Below, piece after piece: positions 1-11,952 of a DNA stretch of 64,000 nucleotides (positions are counted from its first letter, which is position 1; each line of letters begins with the position of its first letter). The notes below the pieces were generated by a model that was given only the letters and a program-made list of their open reading frames with translations, did no database searches and was not told the DNA's origin. A program made the translations under genes and the position numbers. Source of the DNA: Lophium mytilinum (taxonomy: Eukaryota); assembly GCA_010093605.1 (NCBI GenBank), contig MU004192.1, positions 2,563-66,562 of the forward strand, in the 5' to 3' direction.

Positions 1-1460
1 GAAAGAGTTAAGATATATAGTAAGTATACTAGACTTCTAATACTAATTAGATTATACTTACTATATATAGAGTATTTACTAATAGATTATTATACCTATA
101 TATATTAGCTTTATATAAACTATAGAGCTTATAATACTTACCTATTAAAGTCTATTTTATCTATAACTTTATCTATAATCTTGCTATTACCTTTACTATT
201 TAAGGCTGTATTATCTGCCCTACTACCTTAATTCTCTAGCGTAACTTTATTAAGTAAACCTAGTAATTTATCTATAGTATCTTACTATTCTTATATATAT
301 ATACCTTCTCTACCCTTTTTAACTCTATTATTTAATACCTTATCTATATCTATACCTACTTCTACCTTATTCTTAAGTTAGGTAAATTCCTCTTCTATAA
401 CCTTAGTTACTGGCGTTAAATAGAGAGATAATAAGGCAGCGTACTACTCTATTTAAATCTAACTATTATTATACGCTAGTTATATAAACTAACTTATATT
501 AGCTAGTATTTCCTTCTTATCTATTTATTCTATAGTATCTATTCTAGAGAGTACTTCTATAGCCTTATTTTATTATACTAAGAATAATTCTACTATAATC
601 TCTTTATTAGTTATTTATACAAGTATATAGAGTAGTAATATAGTAATAAGGGCTAGTATTTAGTATTATATTATTAGTTCTAGTTATATAGAAGTAGAAG
701 CTACTATAGTTTATTAAGTGTATAAATTTATGTATAGTATTATAGCCGTCTATAAAGTATTCTAGAGGGTAAGAATAGTATATACGCCTATATATATATA
801 TAGTATAGCTATAGATTTAAGAAATACTTTATAGAGATAGTATATAGTAGATAGAACCTAGCCTAGAGCTCTATTATTATTATTTATAGCTTACTAAGAT
901 ATCCCTATACTATAAGGTAGTAATAGAGAGGGTAATACCTTTTTAGTATCTAAAGGTAGTAGTAATATAGGTATATAAAAAGATAATATAGAAGATATAA
1001 ATAATAGTAACTTTAATACTACCTCTTCTACTTTTTTATCTACTTAGGCTACTTCTTTATTTACTTTATTTTCTTTAGCCGCTTCTTTTTTTTCTTTAAC
1101 TACTACTCTTTTAATAGTCTATATAATAGTATACTTACTACTATTACTCTAATCTTACTCTATAGCTTCTATTAATTCTATATTACTTTAAATTTTAGGT
1201 ATATATTAGGCTACTCTTAACTTACTAAAGTATATACTACTACTAGTAGACTACTAGATATAAGAAAGTTATATTAGTTAAGTAGATTAAAAAATTAGAA
1301 AAGTAAGAGAATAAGTACTGCTATAAGTAGCCCGCCCTAGAGTAGAATATTAGGTAGATTTAGTAGATAGAGAAGAAGTAGTAGAATAGATACTACTATA
1401 GATAGACTACTATAGAGAAGTATATTATATAGATTATATAGGTTAGATAGATAGAGAAGA

Positions 1461-2207
1461 NNNNNNNNNNNNNNNNNNNNNNNNNNNNNNNNNNNNNNNN
1501 NNNNNNNNNNNNNNNNNNNNNNNNNNNNNNNNNNNNNNNNNNNNNNNNNNNNNNNNNNNNNNNNNNNNNNNNNNNNNNNNNNNNNNNNNNNNNNNNNNNN
1601 NNNNNNNNNNNNNNNNNNNNNNNNNNNNNNNNNNNNNNNNNNNNNNNNNNNNNNNNNNNNNNNNNNNNNNNNNNNNNNNNNNNNNNNNNNNNNNNNNNNN
1701 NNNNNNNNNNNNNNNNNNNNNNNNNNNNNNNNNNNNNNNNNNNNNNNNNNNNNNNNNNNNNNNNNNNNNNNNNNNNNNNNNNNNNNNNNNNNNNNNNNNN
1801 NNNNNNNNNNNNNNNNNNNNNNNNNNNNNNNNNNNNNNNNNNNNNNNNNNNNNNNNNNNNNNNNNNNNNNNNNNNNNNNNNNNNNNNNNNNNNNNNNNNN
1901 NNNNNNNNNNNNNNNNNNNNNNNNNNNNNNNNNNNNNNNNNNNNNNNNNNNNNNNNNNNNNNNNNNNNNNNNNNNNNNNNNNNNNNNNNNNNNNNNNNNN
2001 NNNNNNNNNNNNNNNNNNNNNNNNNNNNNNNNNNNNNNNNNNNNNNNNNNNNNNNNNNNNNNNNNNNNNNNNNNNNNNNNNNNNNNNNNNNNNNNNNNNN
2101 NNNNNNNNNNNNNNNNNNNNNNNNNNNNNNNNNNNNNNNNNNNNNNNNNNNNNNNNNNNNNNNNNNNNNNNNNNNNNNNNNNNNNNNNNNNNNNNNNNNN
2201 NNNNNNN
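1461..2207. other. Assembly gap (747 N)
   Basis: Run of N. Confidence 1.
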
Positions 2208-4277
2208 CTTTAAATTTAATTATATATACTATATATAGTATTATAGCTCTATTATAGTATCTTAATATCTAGAAGTTATTATATATAGTAGTAGAAGGCT
2301 ACTTAATTATAGGGCTATACTCTATACTACTAGCCGCCCTCTTTTCTTACTCTCTATATCTACCTAGAGCTATAACTACAGCCTATAAAATATTTCTAAA
2401 TTACTAGAATACTATTATATTATATAATAAGTAACTTTTCTTATAAATATTTTTAATTTTATATTATAGTAGTTCTATATAGTGCTAGTTAAGGTCTTTA
2501 TTAACTATAAGGCTAGCATTATACTAAACTCTTTAAGTAACTTCTATTATTTAGAATCTTACCTCTATATATAACTACTACTACTACTATAGCCTATATA
2601 TTAATTCTAAGTTAATAGATTACTATTATATTATATATTATATATAATTCTTTATATATTTCTTCTATACTATATTATAGTAGTTACATATAGTAGTAGT
2701 TATACTAATTCTTAAGCGCAAGGCTATTCTTATACTAAACCCTTTTAGTAATTTCTATTCTATACCTATATACTCTATAGCCTCTCTATATCTATCTTAA
2801 GCTACTACTATAGCTTATAAATTAAATTAAAGTTAATAGAACGCTATTATATTATATTCTAAGTATTCTTCTTTATATATATACTCTATTTTATATTATA
2901 GTAGTTAAATACGGTGGTATAAGGTTATACTACATATAATTCTTAAAGGTTAATTTTCTCTATATTAAACTTACTTCTCTCTATATAACTCTAACTCTCT
3001 AGCCCCTATAATAAAGAAGTAATTATTCCCTTATAAGTATAGAGTTTATTTTTATATTCTTCTAGCTTAGTTTTAATATTAAGTAGGTATTTAAGTTTCT
3101 TATATATAGCTTCTAAGTTATTATTCTTTTTATTATATTTATCTTTAAGAACTCTAATTTTATCTTAGAGCTTATACTACGCTTTCTAGTTATTCTTATA
3201 TATTTACTAAAGAATCTTAGTTATAGCTTAATAGCTTCTAAGAATATAGAAGAAGTAGATAGAATTAGCTTAAATTTATATAAGGAAGTCCTAAGAGTCT
3301 ATAATCTTAATTAAGCTATTAAACTATTTATTACTAGATAGAAGTAAATAGTCTAGAAATTTAGTAATATTATTAATAAAGTTAAGAAACGTGCCTAGAT
3401 TATAGCTATAGCTAGAAGTATAGTACTTCATAATAAAGCTATAAACTATTAGGTCTAGAGTATATACTAAGTTATTAATATAATTATCTTTAGTAGCGTC
3501 TTTATCTTAGGTAAGCTAATTCTCTTTCTTTTAGGTTAGCTAAGTATCTATATACACTATTTAGGTAGACTACTAAATATTTTCTTTATTCTAGAAGCTT
3601 ATCTTAGATATCTTTTAAAAAAGTGCGCTATTTAGAGTCTTATAGAAAGACTTAGAGAGTATATAGAACTAGAAGTAGAATAGTAGAAAGTAGAAGGCTA
3701 GTTATAAGCTACTACGCCTAGAATATCTAGATTCTTTATTAGTAGGGACTTTAGTATCTAGTAGAGGCGGTAGATTACTTATTATAGAGGGTATAGTAAT
3801 AGCGCTTAGTAAGGTAATATAGTATAGCTATATACTATTTAGTATTATATATATAGTTATATAGATATACTTATTAAATAGTTAGATAGCTTAGTAAATA
3901 GAAATTAAGGGTTAAAGTATAAGAGTTAAAGTAGTAATAGTAAAAAAGAATTAGTACTAGTTAGAGTATTAGATATAACCTAATATTATAGTTATAGTAT
4001 AGAGAAGCTTAGTAGTATATAATAACTAAATAGATTAATTTTAAGAGGTTATATAAAAAGTAAAAAGAGAGGCTTTTAGATAGAAACTATATATATAAAG
4101 AAGAAAGGTATATAGATACTAGGTAATATAATAGATATAGAGGTAGAAGGCCGGTAATAGATAAATATATAACTAGAGAGTAGGGCGTAATCTATTATAT
4201 AGATTATATCTACTTAAGAGTCTATTATAAATATTAGCTAGATAAATAGAGCTTTAAAGTATAGATAAATAGAAATA

Positions 4278-5062
4278 AAGAATTAATAATTCTATACTAG
4301 GTTTTTTCTTTATATATATCTATTTTTTCCTCTATATATATTTATTTATATCTAATCTTCTAATTAGTCTAAAGAGGTTCTATAAGGCCTTTAATTTACT
4401 TACTTAGATTTACTACTAATTCTAAATACTCTCTTTAAGTATAGTATAGCTATAAGTAATTATAATCTTATTTTTAATCTCTTTCTCTATAATATACCTC
4501 TTACTATAGCCCTTCTACTACTCTAATTACTAGCTTCTTAACCTTAGATAGTGTATATACTACTTTCTATTAAGAAGCTTTAATATTAGATAGTATTATA
4601 TAATTAGTATATAGAGGCGTTAATAAATTAAAATAGCTAGAGAGGCGTAGTAGTAATATAGGGGGGCTAGGTTTAATATAGAGAGGCTATAATAAGGTAA
4701 GAATTTAACTATTTTAGTACTTATAGATATATAGATAGTAATATAATAGCCTATATATACTATAGAAAATAGAAAGTATATATAGTAAAATAAGTATACT
4801 ATATAGCCTTACTATAACTATAGCTTTATATATAGCCTTATATACTACCTATATATATAGCCTTATCTATAGCCTTAATAGGCTACTAGAAATAGTAAGA
4901 ATATATAGTAAAATAGAAAGGCTATATAGCCTTACTATTTTAAGCGCTAGAGCTTTCTTTAAGATCTTTAGACTAATTAAAAGATTAGATATAAATAGAT
5001 ATATATAGAGGAGAAAATAGATATATATAGAGGAAAAACCTAGTATAGAATTATTAGTTTTC
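4278..5062. mobile_element. Non-autonomous TIR DNA transposon (Mutator- or hAT-like), RIP-mutated
   Basis: 4278-4375 is the reverse complement of 4965-5062 (98 bp, about 8 mismatches, all transitions). Flanked by the direct repeat TAGAAATA at 4270-4277 and 5063-5070. Confidence 0.8.
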
Positions 5063-6662
5063 TAGAAATATATCTTTTATATAGTATATATTTACTATAT
5101 TATTTTATTAAGTAACTCTAGTATATAGCTAGATATCTAGCTAATTATATTAATAGAAACTAACTACTCTTCTATCTTCTTTAGTAGATATAGATATAGC
5201 CTAATCTATATCTATATTTTTTATTTTAAATATTCTAATAAACTTATTTACTTCTACTAAAAATACTTTTTAAATAGAGAATATAACTATATTAGGCTAT
5301 AGAATAGATATCTTTTAAGTTTTCTACTCTTTTATAGAAAAATTCTAGCTATATTTAGCTAGTTACTTATAGATAATAAAGTACTATTTACTCTATTTAC
5401 TAATAGATTAGCTATTTACTATTTTATTTTTACTATTAGCTTTATCTTTATTAGCTTTCTACTCTAATATATAATATATTTTAATATTTATCTTTTATAC
5501 TAAGGCGGGCCTTATACTTTTTCTTAATATTCTTTACTAGAAACTAAAAGATATTATCTAGTATAATATAAAAGAGTTAAAGTTAGGCTAGTATATTAAT
5601 CTATATTATAAATACTATAAATAGTTTAGTTTCTAGTTCTATAAGATCTATATTTATATTAGTAGAGTCTAGGGCTAGTATAGGCGTCTATTCTCCGCTT
5701 TTCTCTTTCTTCGCCTTATTACGCGACGCGGCTCCGGGTTGGATTTAGGCTTGGGTTCTTTATCTAACGGATGGTCGTTTTCTCTAGGGAGCGTTATGGA
5801 TTCCTTGCGGTTTCGACGGTTGGATGCCGGATGGGCGATCCCAGAGGGAGGTCATGAGTCACTGGTGCAACTTGGTCTGCGTGAAACGTCAGCTTCTGAA
5901 CACTTAAGCCATGTTCTTGGTGATCTTACCGTCTTCGTTCTGATCTGTCTCCGCCATTGCTTTGCTTCGCGGGGACCGTAACGTCTCCAACCTCACTCTC
6001 GCTGTCTATCGCTTTCGCTGTCGTCGCTGCTGTCGACCAATATGGGTATGTGAGCGACCGGCTTTGTAAGCCCGGCGTTGACATCTCCATCTGCTCCTAG
6101 CTCCTCGACAGGGTGAACCAATGCTATGACTAGGCACAGCTGCCGCGAAAACAGCAGCGCATCAGACGATCGCAGAAGCCTTCTTCACGGCTTCAATGAA
6201 AGCTTCTGCTACGGAGCGCAAGGGCTTTGTACCATGGCGCAATTCCAGCTACGCGATCTACGTAGAGACGGGCCCTGGCTATGGTGCGGAGATTGGGAAG
6301 ATCCTGCAGGCTACGGGAAAGATCTGCGAACATAGTAGGGTGAAGGCTTTTGAAATAAGATAGCTTAATGTGGAGGACGCAACAGGTGTGCATTTAGATT
6401 CGTAGGAATTATATATCTATTCCCGCATTCCAGTGGGAAAGTTTAATATGTGGTCTTTAATCGGCAAGGTGGACCAAGAGGAAGAGAGAAACACGGCGCC
6501 GGGCGGTAAGGCTCTGAGATAGCTGCGAAGATCCCGAGCCCTATACCTGAGGGCCCTGGGCACAAATCAAATTCGGTCCGCGCAAGCTTCCTACTGCAAA
6601 CATCGAGTCGTCCGTAAGGATGCGCTGTTGTGAGACCGGCTGCATCAATACCCCACCTAGTC

Positions 6663-7442
6663 CTAAGCCCACTCTCCTCTGTTGAAAATGAGATCGCCGT
6701 CAATAGTCTCCATCTTTCGGTAACGGCCCGGGAAGTAGAGTTCGATCCATGAGCGCTCTTCTTCCCCATGCCCGTCGTCTACATCTACAACCAAGCTGTC
6801 GGGTATATGTGCCGAGATGAATGTCATGACCGTATCGAACCAGATTCTCCGCGCGACTTCCTTTTCTCCTCGGGACAGCGTGTAGTCCAGAGGCTCCCTT
6901 GCGACGATAATTAGTCGGTTGAGCTGAGCCAGTATAGGAGACCACAATTCCATATCTGGCAGTGCGGCGTCATAGCCCTCAATAACAATACAGAGTTTGC
7001 GAATCCGTCCAATTTCAGCAGGGGTGAAGTTTGTTCGAAGCCTAAGTCCGTTGTCGTAGTCGAATGGGTAACGAAACGTGTTTTTGCTGTACATAATCCC
7101 GTAGGCCTCCTCGCGGACCTGCTTAGAAACGAGTAGCAGATTCGTTTCCAGGTCGGAACAAGGACCACTGCGATTCAAAAGGTTCGAGTAGATCAGACCT
7201 CGTGATGAAAAGCAAGCGTCGTTGAAAGTGTCCTGGACGAGGCAATAGTGATAAATTTCGTTGCGCAGCTCAGCTGGAAGGCGAAGGAACCCTGTGGGGT
7301 TTGGCATTGAAGAGAGTATCTCCGCTAGGGATTCCGTGAGTCGCAAAGGCTTCGGAGTCGAGCACGATACTTCTTGAAGGGTTGGCGAAGGCTTCTGCTT
7401 GTGTTTGTGCTTGGAGGAAAAACTCTTCTGGAAGATGGCCAT
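6663..7442 (-). CDS. Fungal hypothetical protein with F-box-like N-terminal motif (paralog of 7624-8445)
   Basis: ATG at 7442. Motifs FLRLPAELRNEIYHYCL and LLLVSKQVREEAYGIMYSKNTF. Confidence 0.75.
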   Translation of the reverse strand: MAIFQKSFSSKHKHKQKPSPTLQEVSCSTPKPLRLTESLAEILSSMPNPTGFLRLPAELRNEIYHYCLVQDTFNDACFSSRGLIYSNLLNRSGPCSDLETNLLLVSKQVREEAYGIMYSKNTFRYPFDYDNGLRLRTNFTPAEIGRIRKLCIVIEGYDAALPDMELWSPILAQLNRLIIVAREPLDYTLSRGEKEVARRIWFDTVMTFISAHIPDSLVVDVDDGHGEEERSWIELYFPGRYRKMETIDGDLIFNRGEWA

Positions 7443-7623
7443 GGCGGCTCCAGTTTTGCACACTCTGAACTCGCTTTTCAAGCTTCTACACCAAAATTCG
7501 CGAGTCAAGTGCGGTGAAGAATGGTAGTCAGAGGGAACGAAAAGATAGAGCTGAAGTGTTGATGAGGAGCAGTGTGTGGCGCAGCAGGCAGCCGGATTCC
7601 CAACCTGGTGTTCAGCTCCAGCT

Positions 7624-8445
7624 TCATGTCATCCAATCTGCACCCCAGGATGGTCGCTGTGGGTTCAGTGTCTGACCGCCACGCTTGAAGACCCGGTCGC
7701 CATAGACCGTCTTCACCATACGATGGCGATTCGGAAAATATCTCATCATCACTGCACCTGTGTCCTCTCTGTCGTTATCGTCCAGTTCAACGACGAGGTT
7801 ATATCGCACGTTCTGAGCGACGAACTCTATCATCCGATCACACCATACCGCCCATGTGTCAGCGATATTCTGGTACTGATTCAGTATCAAGGCATTGACT
7901 ACCTCCGACTCCGGAAGAATGGGTTGCTTCGCCACAATAACCAACTTGGTCAAACCCGCGAAGACAGGACCCCAAACTTCCACACCAGGCATCTTGTCAT
8001 TGTCATATCCCTTGTCCGATAACACGATCCAAACTTTCCTAATGCGCATTATGTTCGCCGCGGATATGTATCCAACAAGTTTACGTTCGTTTTCGCGGCT
8101 AACAGCGAACATGAAGGCGTTCTCCCCGTACAGAATCTCGACAGCCTCCGCACTCACTTGCTTCGAAACAAGCAAGAGGTTCTTCTTTCGATCTTGCACT
8201 TTGTATACCCTTGTGATCCTCCAGTCCTCGGGGACTCTGACGGGAGACTCGCGGACGAGGCAGTATCGGTAAATCTCTCGGCGCAACTCCAACGGTAGAT
8301 CAAACAGTCCGATGGGATTGGGAGGTGTTGAAAGAATTCCTGTCATGTCGGGAGAGGGTAGCGTGCCAGACTCTGGTGGAGGTGCCTGTGCTTGCAATGG
8401 TTTTGAGAAAGACCGCATTTTCTTCAGAAATGTCATTGAAGGCAT
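7624..8445 (-). CDS. Fungal hypothetical protein with F-box-like N-terminal motif (paralog of 6663-7442)
   Basis: 273 aa. LFDLPLELRREIYRYCL and LLLVSKQVSAEAVEILYGENAF, colinear with its neighbour. Confidence 0.75.
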   Translation of the reverse strand: MPSMTFLKKMRSFSKPLQAQAPPPESGTLPSPDMTGILSTPPNPIGLFDLPLELRREIYRYCLVRESPVRVPEDWRITRVYKVQDRKKNLLLVSKQVSAEAVEILYGENAFMFAVSRENERKLVGYISAANIMRIRKVWIVLSDKGYDNDKMPGVEVWGPVFAGLTKLVIVAKQPILPESEVVNALILNQYQNIADTWAVWCDRMIEFVAQNVRYNLVVELDDNDREDTGAVMMRYFPNRHRMVKTVYGDRVFKRGGQTLNPQRPSWGADWMT

Positions 8446-10077
8446 CGTGTTCCTAATTACAGAGTGGCGATGGCTGAACGCGTCTGTAGTGCTTGATATA
8501 ACGCTGCCGGTGGCGTATATGGTTGCAGTAGTAGTCTCTATATGAGCTGGAGTCGAGGATGAGTCGTGTGGGTGTTTGATTGTTGATGTCGGTGACCCGA
8601 GGGTGTAACGGCGATATATTCAAGACCGAAACCCTCCAACTCCATGCGCATGGCAAGTTGACATGTATAGCCTCCGAATTGAACGTCTCGACAGGTTTTC
8701 AACAGGGAGGTAGGCGGGCGAGGACGTTACTGTCGAGATACAAAGGCATGTTTACACGAGGAAAGCTCCAGGCGGTGCCATGATGACCGTTCGGTAATGA
8801 TCTGATTAGATTAGATGAGGTCACGTGCCTTCTCTCCGGTCCCAAGATGTCCAACATTCATCCCATCACACATTTATTATTCTTCAATCAACCATCCAAA
8901 TCTTCACCGACCAAGCTGCCAAAAACCGCCCCAGTCTAGTGATATGCTCCGGCTGTAACGCCATTCTGCCCTCTAAGTCGTGCTCCTACAGCAACCTCAA
9001 GATCATCCCAATGCCCCTAGCAGGCCTTGAAAGTTGCTTCGCCGCGAAAACTAACGGGACGCATTATTCTCAGCCCGGAGCTTGTAGGAAATTCGTGACG
9101 TTACTCAGTGCTTCTCGTCCTTGCAGGACCGACAGACCTGAGCGCGGCTGCACCAACCTTCGGAGTTACCGAGCTGTTTGCGAAGGCGAATCAGTATGAA
9201 TTCTTATCAATGCATAGCGCTGAGTCTTACGGATCTTCGGTCGTGGAGGTCAATAGAGCTGGCAAGTGCTAATGAGGAAGTAGGACTGGCGAGTCCGAAT
9301 CTGCTGGTGTCTGCCTCGACCTCGCGGTGTCACCTCTGCTGGCACAGGAAGGGTTTCTGGTCGTTGAGAAGGCAGAAAGGCTGTTCTTGGCGAAGATTTG
9401 ATAGTGCACGGACGATCATTGAATGGCGAAGATGAAGAAAGACGTGAGAATAAATGTAAGGTTAGGATTAGAGTTTGATCTTTCAACGAATATTCTCCAG
9501 TTGTGATTCGAGCGTGTGCATCGGTGTCGTAACGAGATTAATCAATGACTTTGCTTCTGCGCCTCAATTCTCGTCCTCTAAGGAGTTGAGTGCGAACAAC
9601 TGTAGCCGGTGCAGAAGACATAATTTCTCAAATTGATCACGCCGCAATGACTTCTCCTGGGACTACCTGGAGTGCGTCAGCGACCCAGCACAAGATTGAC
9701 CGCAAGATGGTAGCAAGGAAGGGTCGATGGTCTCGCCTTTCAAGGTGCACAAGTTCCTTTTTTTAGCGATAGCTTGGACCATTACAATATAGTCTTACGT
9801 GTGAGTGAGCTCCGTTCCGCGTATGATGAATTTTAAGTCTGAATATAGGGGTTGACGATATTTAAATGTATTTCTGAGGTGAAGATAAACTAGACGAAGG
9901 AAGGATAAGTGCAAGTCGGAAACCGCAACTCCACGAGAACGGCTCAATATGCCAAATCCCCGACTCCAAACACCCGGTCTGTAAATGCACCCAATCAAGA
10001 AGCCCATCAGAAAAACACGCAAGAAATCGACTCTAAAGTTTACTCACCAAACCGGATTTCCGCGTCATTGGTCCTTG

Positions 10078-11242
10078 TTACGCTTTCCTCCGACTCCTGA
10101 CCTCCCTCTTCTCAATCTCCACACTCCTTCTCCCGACGGCATCAATTCCCCTGGCCAGGTTAATGTCCTCCTTCCCCGAAACGTGGATTGGGACCCCTTC
10201 CGCCCCGCCATCCGTGTCCGTCTCCACATCCACTCCCTCTACTAACACCTCCTCCTTCGCGGCCTTCTTAGTGCCCTTCGTGCCAAGCGGTGGGTCGAAG
10301 CGCTTCCGCACCGTCTCAATCATTCTCCCAAACCACACCCAGTTCAACCCATTCAATATGATGTTTGCCCCGAGATAAGTCACGGCCAGCCACATAGGCA
10401 TGGCCCTGTTCCCCGCAAAGCGCATGATGTCGGAATCGGGGTTCAAGCTGGGTTTGGCGGCCCAGTCGATGGGGACGTCACGCATCTCGGAGGTGAGAGC
10501 GCGGTAGATGTCGTAGAACACGCGGACAGATTGGTAGGAGCCCCAGACTAGACGCGAACAGAAAAAGGTGAAAAGGAGAGCCATGCCGTTATAAAGCTGG
10601 ACGGTGGAGCCGGTGAGGTTCAGCTTGTCGCAAAACCAGTGGACGTTGAGGAAGGGAGAGGAGAGCTCGTAGAGGATGAAGGTTGAACCGTAGAAATTGA
10701 GGAAGGGGCGCTGGCCATATTAGTAGGGTTCTTTGAGTATAGCAGTGGAGTCAGCATACGTATCCAAGAGAGAAAACGAACAAAGCGCTGACAGCATGCG
10801 CGAGCATGCCCCAGCCAAAGATGTGCACATTCATGGACGTGATGCACAGGTCCCAAAGGAAATACCCTCCCGCAAACGACTGGATCATGCCCGACGCCCC
10901 CGTGTACCCCCAGATCTTCTCCGACCAAGTCATAGCCGCACGTTCCTTATCCACCCACATAACCCACAGGGCGAAGGTGTTGATGAGGGACGATTGAACG
11001 AAGGACACGACGTGGACGTTCCAGTTGAGCCTGGTGCGCTTGTTGAAGCCTGCGTAGACGCGCGGAAAGAGGCGGGAGGAGATCCATGGCGCGAAGTAGA
11101 GGTTGACGCAGGTATAGAAGAGGAACGCGAAGATCAGCTCGTGGATGTGCAGCGGGAGCACCGTGAAGTGGAAGAAGTCGGCGAAGGGCCTGATGAAGTT
11201 GGCGAGGGCGGGCGGCGCTGGGATGGGGAACGGGTCGAGCAT
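10078..11242 (-). CDS. TLC (TRAM/LAG1/CLN8) domain membrane protein; intron 10711-10759
   Basis: Splicing GTATGC..CAG joins LGY to RPFLNFYGSTFILYELSSPFLNVHWFCDK. Also GYFLWDL and multiple hydrophobic segments. Confidence 0.85.
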
Positions 11243-11952
11243 CGTATCGTGGTTGGTGAATATATGTGCGACGCAAGGGCCGAGATGCGAGGAACGGAGG
11301 TACGAGGAGGGGGTGTGTTGGCGGGGACTAGCTGCAAGAGGGAAGTATTCGAGGCGTCGGGGCAGCTCTCCCGCGCGCAGGGCCGAGAGAGAGAGGGAGG
11401 GAGGTTCGAGGTCGAGGTTGAGTATGGATATAAATATAAAGAAGAGGGTGGTGAGAAGGGACTCGGTGCCCCGGTGGTCACGCGGCAGCCTGCAAGCGCC
11501 TCTTGCAGCGACGCTCGTGGTTGGCCACCTAAGACATTTTGTTGGGGAGCTCTTCCGGCCACGTTGATCCGCTCCGACGACACCTACATGACTCGGCCGT
11601 CACGAGCTCCATCGCGAAGACAATGCATCATGTTTTATATAGAGGTCCCGCGGACCAGTCATGTACTACTAGCCTCCCCGCCTGAGCTGTCATTCTCGCG
11701 AGGAGTCATTTTGGAAGTATCAAGTCTCATTTCTGGGACGACAATATGCATCAAAATTTGCCTCAAATACAAGGGAAAACTCAACGAGGATATCATGAGT
11801 CTTGCCTAACAGGCATCTTTCGAATCTGTGGGAAACATAGAACACCATCCCGCGTGTTCTTCACCCCCGCATCGTGATGCTTGTAGTCCACACGCAAATA
11901 TATATATTTGTGCAAACCACAGACGAAGGGCCGTTGCAACAACCGCCTCGTA

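Larger units (their letters stand above)
1..5700. repeat. AT-rich, RIP-degraded repeat block
   Basis: Extreme AT and TpA excess, near absence of CpA/TpG, no ORFs in the track, abrupt switch to balanced GC at ~5700. The original element family cannot be read. Confidence 0.9.

Noticed and set aside
1..5700. Starship, centromere or telomere assignment for the AT-rich block
   Set aside because: No readable captain or transposase motif and no telomeric repeat array. The block's extent beyond the window is unknown.
10733..11809. 358-aa plus-strand ORF
   Set aside because: Antisense shadow of the codon-biased TLC gene with no recognisable motifs.
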